A stretch of 62,886 nt of DNA, counting the filler, from Octopus bimaculoides (lineage: Eukaryota): assembly GCF_001194135.2 (NCBI RefSeq). It is 3 parts of 3 records of this genome, joined end to end, with 100 filler letters (N's around TTAATTAATTAA, not from the genome) between each part and the next. Parts side by side here need not be neighbours in the genome. Positions count along the whole stretch, not along the records: positions 1 to 27,506 come from NC_069004.1; 2 more parts are not named here. One strand, written 5' to 3'. A program made the translations under genes and the position numbers. Positions 1 to 11,757 of the stretch are shown piece by piece. The notes below the pieces were generated by a model. The model searched no databases, was not told the DNA's origin, and worked only from the letters and a program-made list of their open reading frames with translations. Position 1 is the stretch's first letter. Each line of letters opens with the position of its first letter.

Positions 1-342
1 TCTTGGAAGAGCCCTGCTTCTCACATGGACAACTGTATGTTGGCTGCTCAAGAGTGGGCAGCAACAAAAAACCTATTTGTATATGCTCCACAAGGGAAAA
101 CAAGGAACATAGTTTACAATGAGGTGTTATAATCACAACAGCAAGAAAGTATGTACATGATCACCTTCTTTTACGAAACTTCATTGACTTTCATATATTT
201 ATATTAATATACATATATATACGTGTGTTTGGGTGCGTGTGTGTATATACATCTCTATATATAAAGATGATGCGTAGTCTAGACGGCGTTTTTAGATTTC
301 ATTATTCTCTTTAACCCGGGCAACGCCGGGTATTTCTGCTAG
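1..342 (+). mobile_element. Helitron 3' end (end of RepHel helicase ORF, 3' hairpin, CTAG terminus)
   Basis: Frame 3 gives LEEPCFSHGQLYVGCSRVG, the PIF1-like Helitron helicase C-terminal motif. GC hairpin CCCGG-GCAACG-CCGGG at 315-330 is followed by CTAG at 339-342 and then T, the canonical Helitron 3' end. Confidence 0.9.
3..132 (+). pseudogene. Helitron helicase C-terminal fragment with a 1-nt frameshift
   Basis: LEEPCFSHGQLYVGCSRVGSNK (frame 3) continues as NLFVYAPQGKTRNIVYNEVL* (frame 1). The shift is in the A6 run at 66-71; stop TAA at 130-132. Confidence 0.8.
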
Positions 343-393
343 TATATTATATTGTTGAGAAATATAGGTATATTATAAATATAAAATATTATT

Positions 394-640
394 AAGTAAG
401 AAAATGGAGAGATTTAATGGAGATAAATTACTTTAATAACATTTTTAATAAGGCCTACAATGTAGTTTCCTTAATGTTCATTGGCCCTGAAGATATTTTA
501 CTTCAAATATTCAAAATGCAAACTTATTTTATTCTATAGGTTTGTAATTTTTATTGAGTGTGAATTGAAACAACTGTAGGACTTATCAAAAATGTTAATA
601 AATGAATTTCTATCTATTAAATCTCTCCATTTTCTTACTT
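394..640. mobile_element. MITE/foldback with ~70-bp inverted arms
   Basis: aagtaagaaaatggagagatttaat...aggcctaca (394-~465) is the imperfect reverse complement of tgtaggacttat...aaatctctccattttcttactt (~575-640). Confidence 0.7.
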
Positions 641-719
641 TTTGTTAAAACATATTGCTCAAGTTCTGAGTGTTTCCTTACATCTGTAATGTAGATATTT
701 TAAATTTTGTATTTATATT

Positions 720-784
720 TAGAGTCTGATGAGTAGTCCACAAGGCTTCATGAATGTGAATGTGAAACACTATGGGTAACTCTA
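720..784 (+). ncRNA. Type I hammerhead ribozyme motif (intact core)
   Basis: CUGAUGA 726-732, GAAA 764-767, GUA cleavage triplet 776-778. Stem I is a perfect 6 bp UAGAGU/ACUCUA (720-725/779-784). Stem III AC..C/G..GU has one mismatch; stem II is imperfect and closed by G.U. Confidence 0.7.
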
Positions 785-803
785 TGTCCAAAATATAAAA
801 TTT

Positions 804-856
<53 letters not shown>

Positions 857-860
857 CACA

Positions 861-906
861 AAAACTGTTACTCAGAGTTTCACGTTCCTGTTCGTCAGGC
901 AATTTT
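861..906 (-). ncRNA. Minimal type I hammerhead ribozyme motif, Penelope-like-element type (intact core)
   Basis: Minus strand reads AAAAUUGC CUGACGA AC-AGGAAC-GU GAAA CUC U GAG UA ACAGUUUU. Stem III ACUC/GAGU has a 1-nt loop, triplet GUA (871-869), stem I pairs at 7 of 8 positions, and stem II is only 2 bp. The segment 851-962 has (TA)n on both sides. Confidence 0.7.
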
Positions 907-1676
907 ATTTAGAATATTCAAGTACTGTTTTTTCCACCTTGTTTCACATTTATGTGCTTTTACATATATATATATATATATATATATATACAAAGAATAT
1001 ATATACATGTATACACACATATANNNNNNNNNNNNNNNNNNNNNNNNNNNNNNNNNNNNNNNNNNNNNNNNNNNNNNNNNNNNNNNNNNNNNNNNNNNNN
1101 NNNNNNNNNNNNNNNNNNNNNNNNNNNNNNNNNNNNNNNNNNNNNNNNNNNNNNNNNNNNNNNNNNNNNNNNNNNNNNNNNNNNNNNNNNNNNNNNNNNN
1201 NNNNNNNNNNNNNNNNNNNNNNNNNNNNNNNNNNNNNNNNNNNNNNNNNNNNNNNNNNNNNNNNNNNNNNNNNNNNNNNNNNNNNNNNNNNNNNNNNNNN
1301 NNNNNNNNNNNNNNNNNNNNNNNNNNNNNNNNNNNNNNNNNNNNNNNNNNNNNNNNNNNNNNNNNNNNNNNNNNNNNNNNNNNNNNNNNNNNNNNNNNNN
1401 NNNNNNNNNNNNNNNNNNNNNNNNNNNNNNNNNNNNNNNNNNNNNNNNNNNNNNNNNNNNNNNNNNNNNNNNNNNNNNNNNNNNNNNNNNNNNNNNNNNN
1501 NNNNNNNNNNNNNNNNNNNNNNNNNNNNNNNNATATATATATATATATATATATACAAAGAATATATATACATGTATACACACATATATGTACATACTTA
1601 CATCTACATGTGTATATATATGCGTATCAGGGTACAGGACGTTAGAACAATAAACTATAGACAACGGAACGAACAC

Positions 1677-1718
<42 letters not shown>

Positions 1719-1836
1719 ATAAGGAAGAAATGGAGAGAATATATAATAAGGGTGGCTTGTTCTATCTATCTATCTGTCTGTCTGTGTGTGTGTGTATATA
1801 TATGTATGTGTGTGTATATATATATGTATGTGTGTG

Positions 1837-1897
<61 letters not shown>

Positions 1898-1978
1898 AAT
1901 AACGAAGGCAGTTATAAGTAATATAAAACCAAAAAGAAAAAGTTCAATTATCACTAATTGTGACTGATTGTGCAGGTA

Positions 1979-2017
<39 letters not shown>

Positions 2018-2019
<2 letters not shown>

Positions 2020-2460
2020 TTTCTTTTCATTTTTTTATTTGTTTCAGTCATTTGACTGTGGCCATGTTGGAGCACCACCTTCAGTCGAGCAAAGTGACCC
2101 AAGACTTACTCTTTGTAAGCCTAGTACTTATTCTATCGGTCTCTTTTACCAAACTAAGTTACACACCAGCATCGGTTGTCAAGCAATGTTGGGATGACAA
2201 ATACAGACACACAAACACACAAACACACACGCACACACATGCACATGCACACACACACGCACACACACACACACACATACATACACACACACACACATAT
2301 ACGATGGGCTTCTTTCAGTTTCCATCTACTAAATCCACTCACAAGGCTTTGGTTAGCCCGAAACTATAGTAGAAGACACTTGCCCAAGGTGCCATGCAGT
2401 GGGACTGAACCCAGAACCATGTGATTGGTAAGCAAGCTACTTACCACACAACCACTCTTG
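2018..2460 (-). mobile_element. tRNA-derived SINE family C (internal TA/TG microsatellite)
   Basis: Reverse complement of the copies at 12549 and 18572: tRNA-like head (GTGTGGTAAG...GGTTCAGTCCC), CCTTGGGCAAGTGTCTTCTACTATAG body, internal (CA)n, 3' CAGTCAAATGACTGAAACAAGTAAAAGA tail. Confidence 0.85.
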
Positions 2461-2932
2461 TGGACTCCATCTTTAATCTCCTTTCTCTCAACACCTCAAA
2501 AGTAAGACTTCTTCCCTGAAGATGGAGGCTGGTATCATCTGACGATGGAATCAATTTACAATCCTTGTTCTGACCACCAAACCCTCAGAAACAGCTGTTG
2601 GATTTGTAAAACACTTCTTCAAGCCCTTTAATTCTTGATATCATTTCTATTCTGTGTAAGTTGGACCTTTTTCTATGCAAACATACATACATTTTTTATA
2701 TTAGATATTAAAAATATTAACTGTATTTAATATTATTTGTAAATTATCCCACCTAATTTGCTTTTCCTTACATTTACTTTTCTATCCACTTAAGTTTTAA
2801 CCTCTTGAGCACTACAAAGTGTATTCTACACTGAGAACATCCAATTTTCTTCTATGAACTATATATATATATATATACATTATTCTTATAGATATTATAG
2901 ATATTATTTCTCTCTGCTTATTTCCTCATATT

Positions 2933-2970
2933 TCTTTCTGCTGAAGAGCGTAGGCTCAAAACATAAAAGA
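2933..2970 (+). ncRNA. Decayed minimal hammerhead motif in a ~180-bp (TA)n-flanked segment
   Basis: UCUUU CUGCUGA A GAGC-GUAG-GCUC AAAA CAU A AAAGA. Stem I (5 bp) and stem II (4 bp) are intact. GAAA->AAAA and the ACGU palindrome->ACAU are both CpG-type transitions; position 6 is C. Probably inactive. Confidence 0.55.
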
Positions 2971-3063
2971 CTTTCTCACTTTCCCGAGCACCAAACTAAT
3001 ACACCTGCTTGTTGTTCATACCCCTGTCTTCGTCTTTTGTTTTCTGTAAATTTGATCTATATA

Positions 3064-3125
<62 letters not shown>

Positions 3126-4129
3126 TTATATATGTGTATGGAAAATGGACGTTAAACGATGATGATGATGATGATGATGAAAGAGAAGTACATTCTAAGT
3201 TATAGAGCAGTAGAGTATATAGATAGAGATAGATATGGCCAGTCTATGGGACTGGACCTGCTATATCTATCTATATCCATCTATTTATACATATATACAT
3301 GTGTGTGTGTGTGTGTGTTTGTGTGTGTGCTTTGTGCACTTGTGCATGTGTGTAAGACAGTATGTCAATATGTGCACACGTGTATATGTCTCATGTGTGC
3401 ATGCATAATTTCCTTTTTCTTGATCTTTTTTTCACCAACCACGATTTAAGATCCTCCTCCTCCTCCTCCTCTTCACATTGAAAAAAATGCTATTTTCTTC
3501 TCTCTTTTTTTCTCTTTCTGTCTTTCTCTCTTTCTCCCTTCCTATGCCTTTTCTGCCCTGCACTTTTTCTTCCTCTTTCTCATCTCCTTGTTGCATATCT
3601 TATACTTCAACAGCTGGAGCACCAGCACTACTAACACACCACAGCACTACAAGCATCGCTACCTCTACCACCACTATCCTCCACCACCACTATCCTCCAC
3701 CACCACTATCCTCCACCACCACTATCCTCCACCACCACTATCCTCCAAAACAACAACAACAACAGCAATAAACAACAACAGTACAAGTGTGTTAGTGAAG
3801 GGGAAAAAAATCTATGTGAATGCTTGTATGCGTGTGTGTGTATGAATGTTCTTGTGCGTGTTTCTGTGTGTGTGTGTGTGTGTGTGTACATGTGATTTGT
3901 GTACTGGTGTGTATGCATGTGTGCGTGTGCACGTGCATGAGGGTGGGTCATTTAGTGCAGAACTTGTAGAACATTCCACACTCAAGTGTTGTAGCTAAAG
4001 TAATTAATTAACCAGTCAATATTGAAACGAAACAAAGAAAAACAAAACAAAACAAAAAAAATAAAACAACGAAAATGCATTTTTATGTGTGTATGTATGC
4101 ACTTGTGCATGTATGTGTCTACACACGTG

Positions 4130-4168
<39 letters not shown>

Positions 4169-4654
4169 NNNNNNNNNNNNNNNNNNNNNNNNNNNNNNNN
4201 NNNNNNNNNNNNNNNNNNNNNNNNNNNNNNNNNNNNNNNNNNNNNNNNNNNNNNNNNNNNNNNNNNNNNNNNNNNNNNNNNNNNNNNNNNNNNNNNNNNN
4301 NNNNNNNNNNNNNNNNNNNNNNNNNNNNNNNNNNNNNNNNNNNNNNNNNNNNNNNNNNNNNNNNNNNNNNNNNNNNNNNNNNNNNNNNNNNNNNNNNNNN
4401 NNNNNNNNNNNNNNNNNNNNNNNNNNNNNNNNNNNNNNNNNNNNNNNNNNNNNNNNNNNNNNNNNNNNNNNNNNNNNNNNNNNNNNNNNNNNNNNNNNNN
4501 NNNNNNNNNNNNNNNNNNNNNNNNNNNNNNNNNNNNNNNNNNNNNNNNNNNNNNNNNNNNNNNNNNNNNNNNNNNNNNNNNNNNNNNNNNNNNNNNNNNN
4601 NNNNNNNNNNNNNNNNNNNNNNNNNNNNNNNNNNNNNNNNNNNNNNNNNNNNNN

Positions 4655-5720
4655 CACCACCACCACCACCACCACCACCACCACCACCACTACCACCACC
4701 ATCTTATAAATAGAATTCAATTTCCACTTTTACCTCAGTACCCTACGCTACGTCCAGCACTGCCACAATAACATAACCACAGTAGGAAGATTCTATTCAG
4801 TTTCTTAACTTCTTAGAAATAGCAGCCAAATTTCCCTCAAATGATAGCTTGTCACCTTAAAGACTGCATAGGACAATGATGTACATAAAGATGGAATGGT
4901 CACAGCTGGAAAGTCTCTGATCCCAGATCAGGTGTGGCCAGCGGATGAACGGCAACAAGGACAATACCAGCATCATTACTGCTGCCGCCACCATCACCAC
5001 CACCACCATTACACCACCAACAACACCAACCACCACCACCACTGCCATCACCACCAACATTACAACCACCACAAACACTATAATCACCATTGCCACCACC
5101 ACCACCACTAGCACCATCATCACTATCACCACTACTGCCACCACCCCCCCCACTGCCACTACCTCCACCACCACCGCCACTGCCACCATGATCACCTCCA
5201 TCTTCACTGCCTCCACTACCACAACCATCATCACCAACATCACCACCACCACCACCATCACCACCACCACTATCACGACCATTATGCCAACACTATCACA
5301 TTATCATTATACTACTACTATTACCATCATAAACACCCCAACCACCTTGCTGTACTATCACCATCACTTTGTCACTACTACTACCACCCAAAATCCACCT
5401 CCAATACAACCACCACTACCACTACATCATTATCACAAGCATCATCACCACCACTCTACAATACTAAGCTGCTACCACCACCACCACCACCACCACCACC
5501 ATTACTGTCAATACCACTACCAACCCCATTCCCACCACCTTCACCATTGCCATTCACCACCACCACCACCACTACCACCACCACCATCACTAATACCACC
5601 AGCACCACAAGTACCATCACCACTGCCACCACCACCACTCCCACCACCATCACCATTACCATCAACACTACAATGACGACTTCCACCATCACCACCTCAA
5701 CCACCACCACTACTACCATA
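4655..5720. repeat. Degenerate (CAC/ACC/ACT)n trinucleotide low-complexity tract
   Basis: About 1 kb of accaccacc-type triplets giving poly-T/H/P in three frames and poly-V/M/G on the other strand. A smaller tract lies at ~3655-3780. Confidence 0.9.
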
Positions 5721-6004
5721 GGACTATGATATAATCTATCAATAGTAAAAATAGCAGCAATAAATTCTATATATATTAACATCAAATATAGATTAATTAT
5801 GAATGCATTGGGTAGTTAAGAGGGGAAGGGTTTGGGTGGGTAGCTGTAGGTGTGTGTTTGTGTGTCTGGATGAGTACATATGTAGGTGATTGAGTATGCC
5901 TTTGCCTGAGTGAGAGTATAGGTACGCATGTGCCTTAGCGGACATACATATACATATACACACACATACACCACATAATCACACATGTACATATATATAT
6001 ATAG

Positions 6005-6081
<77 letters not shown>

Positions 6082-6104
6082 CATACATACATATATATAC
6101 ATGT

Positions 6105-6440
6105 GAAGGCGCATGGCTCAGTGGTTAGAGCGTCGAGTTCACACTTGTGAGGTTGTGAGTTCGAATCCTGGACCAGGTTGTGTGTTGTTTTCTTGAGCAA
6201 GACACTTTATTTCATGTTCACTCCAGTTCACTAAGCTGTAGAAATGAGTTGCAACGTCATAGGTGTCAAGCTGTATCCGCCTTTGCCTTTCCCTTGGATA
6301 ACATTGGTGGTGTGGAGAGGGGAGACCGGCATGCATGGGTGACTGCTGGTCTTCCATAAACAATGTTGCCCGGACTTTTGCCTGGGAAGGTAACTTTCTA
6401 GGTGCAATCCCAAGGTCAGTTATGACCGAAGGGGGTCTCA
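6105..6440 (+). mobile_element. tRNA-derived SINE family A
   Basis: A-box TGGCTCAGTGG, B-box GTTCGAATCC, TTGAGCAAGACACTTTA body, ending ATGACCGAAGGGGGTCTC. Homologous copies at 17441-17715 (+) and 34457-34771 (-). Confidence 0.85.
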
Positions 6441-6454
6441 GCATATATATATAT

Positions 6455-6745
6455 ATCATCATCGTTTAACGTCCGCTTTCCATGCTAGCATGGGTTGGAC
6501 GATTTGACTGAGGACTGGTGAAACCGGATGGCAACACCAGGCTCCAGTCTGATTTGGCAGAGTTTCTACAGCTGGATGCCCTTCCTAACGCCAACCACTC
6601 AGAGAGTGTAGTGGGTGCTTTTACGTGTCACCCGCACGAAAACGGCCACACTCGAAATGGTGTCTTTTATGTGCCACCCGCACAAGCCAGTCCAGGGGCA
6701 CTGGCAACGATCTCGCTCAAAAATCCTACAGGAGCCAGTCAGGCG

Positions 6746-6750
<5 letters not shown>
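6455..6750 (-). mobile_element. Family F retroposon 3' part with (ATG)n tail
   Basis: Minus strand ends GCATGGAAAGCGGACGTTAAACGATGATG; core GGATGCCCTTCCTAACGCCAACCAC. Nearly identical to 27240-27506. Confidence 0.8.
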
Positions 6751-6779
<29 letters not shown>

Positions 6780-6789
6780 GCAATTCTAA

Positions 6790-7470
6790 TAGAGCACTCA
6801 TTTCTAATAGATCAAGCTTAACAGCTGTTCAGCTGAGTAGAAGCATCAGCTGCAAAGATAGGGCTGTGCACAAACGCCAAGAAAATGAAATACATGTCTT
6901 TCAACCAATCAAATGATACTGCACTGTTTGTTCTGAGTGGCTCCAAATTGAATGTTGCTGAAGACTTCAAGTACTTAGGTGGATGGGTGAGCAGTTTGGA
7001 AGCAGACATCAAGGTCAAGAAAACACAAGAATGGATTGCCTGTCACAATCTAAAGAAAGTCTGGAACACTGAATTGCCCAGGCAAATCAAAATGAAGCTG
7101 TTCATTGCAACTGTTGAATCAGTGCTGTTATATGGCAACGAAATCTGGACACTGAAAAAGAAATTATCAAATGGGCTAAACGGATGTTTCACAAGGATGT
7201 TACAAATGGCTCTAAATGTGAAATGGCAGCAACATATGACAAATGAATTGACTTTATGGAGACCTGCTGAAGGTTAGTGAGAAGATCATACAGAGATGGC
7301 TGCGACTGTCTGATCACTGCATGCGCCATCCTAAGCTGCGAGCATCCAAATTAGTCTTGTGGAACCCACTTTGTGATTATGTAGGCAGAGGAAAATATTG
7401 ACAACTTGATTGAAGACACTAACCTTGAAGCAGTGATGATAGACCGAGAAGTGTGGCAGATAGACTTTGT
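6790..7470 (+). mobile_element. RTE-clade LINE, 5'-truncated RT C-terminal fragment
   Basis: ORF 6885-7277 contains FKYLGGW, VESVLLYGNEIWTL and CFTRMLQMALNVKWQQHMTNE, typical of RTE RT C-termini. Stops and frameshifts on both sides. Confidence 0.85.
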
Positions 7471-7945
7471 TTCTCTAATAATAATTAATATTCTTAAAGT
7501 CTGTTTTTCTTGTTTCCAGTAAGTGGTAGTGGGGCACAATGAGTAACATTTACTGCATTTTTGACTTTGAGGACAAAAATATTTTTATAACAGTTCATTA
7601 TCTAAAAAAACTACATCAGTTAAGCAAATGACCTACTCTAAATGCATTAAAAACCACTATAACATATTCAGAACACTATTTCAGAAAATTGCCTCCGTTC
7701 TCTTTGAGCATTTAAACGAGAAACTTAGATGGGTCAAAATGGGTAAGAAAAGACAAGGTAAATTTGCCTCTTCAGTTCTCCAGAATTACATTTGAAAAAA
7801 ACTCATACACATCAGTATGTCGGTCAAATGAAGGGAATCATGGGAAAATGGCATAATATGAAATTAATGAAACTTGACTAAATCAAAAAATTCAACATAA
7901 AATATTCTCTATAGCTTCTTCATGATCTGCTGGAGTGGCTCTCGG

Positions 7946-8396
7946 CAGAATTCTGGTTTAAGCATCTCATATAACCCCTCATTACTTTTTAATTTTTTGG
8001 AATTTTTAAAACACATGAGGATTCATACAACTACGAAAAAAAAATTTTTTATAATTTTCTAATTTTTATTTTCTTTTTTTGTTACAGACAGTCCTAAATT
8101 TTGACTTCAATCCCAGCAATAGACCATTAAACGTGTTTATGTGTAGAAAGATATTGAAAAAGCATCAATACATCAGAGTGATAAAGAAACAAGGTGAGTA
8201 TCAGGTGGTCATGAGATGTGCTAACAATAACAGCTAAATAGCCCTTAGATCAGACACAAATAACATTTTTTTTTTTGTTTTTTCATAGTCATATGAATTC
8301 CCATGTGTAGAATACAAATTTGGAAAAATTTTCTGAAAAGTCCAAAAACTAGAAAAAGTTATGAGATGTTATATGGGGTACTTAAAGCAGAATTCC
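7946..8396. repeat. Foldback/MITE-like element with ~65-bp inverted arms
   Basis: gaattctggtttaagcatctcatataacccctcattacttttt (~7949-7990) versus the reverse complement of aaaaagttatgagatgttatatggggtacttaaagcagaattc (~8352-8394). Confidence 0.55.
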
Positions 8397-9081
8397 ATCT
8401 GGCTTTCTTCCTGATACACTTATACACCATGCAGTTAAAGAGAAGAGGTTATTGAAATTAGCCATTACTCATTTTGCCCCAGTTTAGACATCAGTTTTTG
8501 AAAATTGAAAATTATCAGATTAGACATTAGTGTGGGGAAAAATTGACTTGGAACCCAACAGAGGAAAGAATTTGTACTGTTGAACACCTAAAATTGCCTA
8601 GATATTTTATTAACAACCTCAGAGGGAAAATTTCTTGAAAATAAAGTACCTCTTACCTGACAGTTTCAAACTGCAACAACAACAACACTGGTGGCCAATG
8701 CTTACTCCCAAAAATGATGCAAGGGTACAAAATGGTGGTGCAATATTTGCAATGTAATGTTTTCAGAGAAGTAGTGAGAAAATAATGAAAACTTGGTAAT
8801 AACTTATTTTGTCTCAGTTACCAACTTTGCCCCACTTCACTGTAGTTAGTTCAAGTATTTGACAAAATGACGAAAAATAATGAAAAAGAAAGAAAGAAAA
8901 GGAACATGTGAGCATAAAAGCAATAATTCTAAAGCTGTAAAAAAAAAAGATGCTTTGAGCTGTTGAGAGAGGTAATTTTATAATTAAAACTAAATTCAAA
9001 ATTTAGATTTTGGAACATATTACTTACTTGCTCTTTCCTAAAATAAGACCAGTTTTCAATGCCTAACTGAAAGAATGGCAA

Positions 9082-9196
<115 letters not shown>

Positions 9197-9724
9197 GTGT
9201 GTGTGTGTTTAATGGCCAGTGATCAATCTAAAGTCACCATGCTCGTGCTCGGTCATGCATTGAAAGGAATCTGAACTAGAGACAATAACTTCTTTCTATC
9301 AATCTCTCTACCTATCTTTACCTCTACCTATCCATACTCTCTCTCTCTCTCACACACACACACATACACTCACACACACACAAACACTCACAGATTCATA
9401 CACTTTTTGGAGTGTTGTTGCTACAATTAATTCCTATGGGAATTGTGACTGCTTTGGGAATGAATTGATGTCACTAATGTAGTTAAAACTGGTTGTTTAG
9501 CGAATGCATTTTTTAGGCTATGTTTGTTTATTGAAAGTGAGTCACTGCATGCAAGATTACTGGATTACTGAGAGGTGGGAACCCACCTGTATTGAGTAGT
9601 ACATACATACCCTTCATAGCAGGAAGGCCCTATATTTTTGGATGCCTGGGGCAATTGCCCTCTTTGACTCCCTATAAATTTGGCCCTGTGTATGCACATG
9701 CATTTATCTACACACCATGATCTA

Positions 9725-9914
9725 ACCATTAGCATCCCAGGCAAAATGCTTAGCAGCATTTCATCTTTGTTCTGAGCTCAAATTCTGCCAAGTTGACCTT
9801 GCCTTTCATCCTATAGGGGTCGATAAAACAAGTACTAGTTGAGCATTGGGATAAATATAACTCACTTACCCCCTCCCCTAAATTGCTGGCCTTGTGCCAA
9901 AATTTGAGACCAAT
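9725..9914 (+). mobile_element. SINE family D (GCCTTTCATCC...GGTCGATAAAATAAGTACCAG core), CpG-decayed copy
   Basis: Matches the ~200-bp unit repeated at about 22030, 24165(-), 42615, 46090(-), 54655-57545 and 61470-61915. Confidence 0.8.
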
Positions 9915-11254
9915 ATATATACTAATGATATCACTACATCTAGCCACACACTCACTCACTCACACATACCTAGACAACATTTCATTCCTTCTTAACCTTC
10001 TGCACACAAGCATCATTCAGACAGAGCCTAGAATATTTACTTCAGTACAATGCTATCTAAAACATAAACCAATAACACCCCCCACCCCCCATACACACAC
10101 ACATACACTTTCATAGCTAAAATTCAGTCATATATTTTACCCTCACGTGACCTCCCTAAGTATAGCCATCATGATTTATATTTTCTAAGAAACCAATGTA
10201 ACATGGCAGGAAATTTCAAGACATAAAACACACACAGAAAAAGAAAGAAAGCTAAATCTCAACTACTAAACTGGCATGGTTCCTGTTTTTACTCAGTAAC
10301 TTTTGCTTATAAGCAATTGAGCTAAGGCTGTTAAAAAAAAAAAAAAGGTTAAAAAGGTCATTGTTCATAAAATGAATTTATCACTCAAAAACCATGGAAA
10401 GCCCAATTCATTATTTGATTCTTCATATAACTCTGGTGGTCATTTTTCTTGATTTAGTTTCCTTTGCTTCTAAATTTACATGCAGTATGCTTGCAGTGTA
10501 TCTGTCTTTTTTCTCATTATCCATTCATTCAGCCAACACTTTTTCCAGTTCTTAATAGTGAGCCTGCTTTCCCTTTATAAATTGCTTATTTTTTTTTTAC
10601 TTATTTTCTGTCATTGGACTTGGTTTCTTTCTTTCATCCATCTACCCATCCTGGTTCGGCTACTTGCCCGGACCAATGAAAATCTTCCATACCAGACGTT
10701 TTGATCAAATGACAAAGCATAAAAGTCTAGCCTGAGTTTTAATCACATTGGTCTTTTGCTAGCTGAAATATCTCATCTGCACATACCATGACTACAGATG
10801 GTAACAGTAATTTGCTAACTGAACCCCTCGATCCTAACCATTGGACAGTTTGTTGTCTGTTTATCCACATAGCATGTAGTGATATTTGCCATTGACTGAA
10901 TAAGTTCATCTGCCAAAATAGTTCACATCCACCATGCTGCATCCCTTCATTCCAGTATACCCTGGCTATGTTAGGTATATACTATATAACCCATAACTGG
11001 GGCCCTGACAAGTGCTGCTACTCCAGGTCAGAGTAGACCTAGGAGAATAGTGGCTAAAAGGTGGTTTTTCACTCTTCAAAACACTGGATTTCCCAAACTA
11101 GATCCCCACTAACAGATGCAGTTTAAAGTCATACCCAGTCCTGTTTCTCTCAACAACACCAAATTTCCTACCTTCACAAATTTGTGGTACCTTTTAGCAA
11201 ATTTATGTTTAAAAAACCTGTCTCATTTTCACATTCATTTTCATCATATAATCA

Positions 11255-11757
11255 TAAGGATGAAGACCTGTTGAGGCAAGTGAAATCGAAATCAAACTAA
11301 ATTCGACGACTGGCACCCATGCCAACGTCATCTCCTTCATAGGAAATGAAACTCGGCTTGCGAAGACCTGTTGGGGCAAGTGAAAGCGAAATCATCATGG
11401 CACCTGTGCCCAGCATCACCTTCCTGGCACTTGTGCCGGATGGCACGTGTAAAGACATTCAAGCGAGATCGTTGCTAGTGCCTCTGAACTGGCTCCTGTG
11501 CAGGTGGTACATAAAATACACCATTTTGAGCATGGCCGTTGCCAGTACCGCTTGACTGGCCTTTGTGCCGGTGACACGTAAAAGCACCCACTACACTCTC
11601 GGAGTGGTTGGCATTAGGAAGGGCATCCAGCTGTAGAAACTCTGCCAAATCAGATTGGAGCCTGGTGTTGCCATTTGGTTCACCAGTCGTCAGTCAAATC
11701 GTCCAACCCATGCTAGCATGGAAAGCGGACGTTAAACGACGATGATGATGATGATGA
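11255..11757 (+). mobile_element. Family F retroposon, longest copy, (GAT)n tail
   Basis: Ends CCAACCCATGCTAGCATGGAAAGCGGACGTTAAACGACGATGATG. The module GAAGACCTGTTG.GGCAAGTGAAA.CGAAATC is duplicated at 11262 and 11362. Confidence 0.8.

Noticed and set aside
849-1967. Long ORFs of 200-390 aa across N gaps (also at 4.0-4.8, 15, 17.7, 22.4-23.5, 34.7, 38.5-39.5, 41.5-42.7 and 53.3 kb)
   Set aside because: They are open only because N codons and (TA)/(TG)/(CA) repeats lack stops.
4857-5785. Mucin-like Thr-rich and His/Pro-rich ORFs
   Set aside because: All frames on both strands are translations of one degenerate (CAC)n tract; no signal peptide, unique domain or splice context.
6105-6180. tRNA-like sequences (also at 26257, 34700, 43520 and 54214)
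   Set aside because: A and B boxes only, with no complete cloverleaf, and each continues into a SINE body; not tRNA genes.
8088-8193. Plus-strand exon-like segment (ttacag| ... AAG|gtgagt, open frame TVLNFDF...)
   Set aside because: It lies inside the foldback element and appears made of SINE-like sequence; the T-tract is repeat-derived. At most a cryptic exon.
11262-11395. CTGTTGAG...CGAAA resembling a hammerhead core in family F
   Set aside because: Altered core with no supportable stem II or stems I and III.
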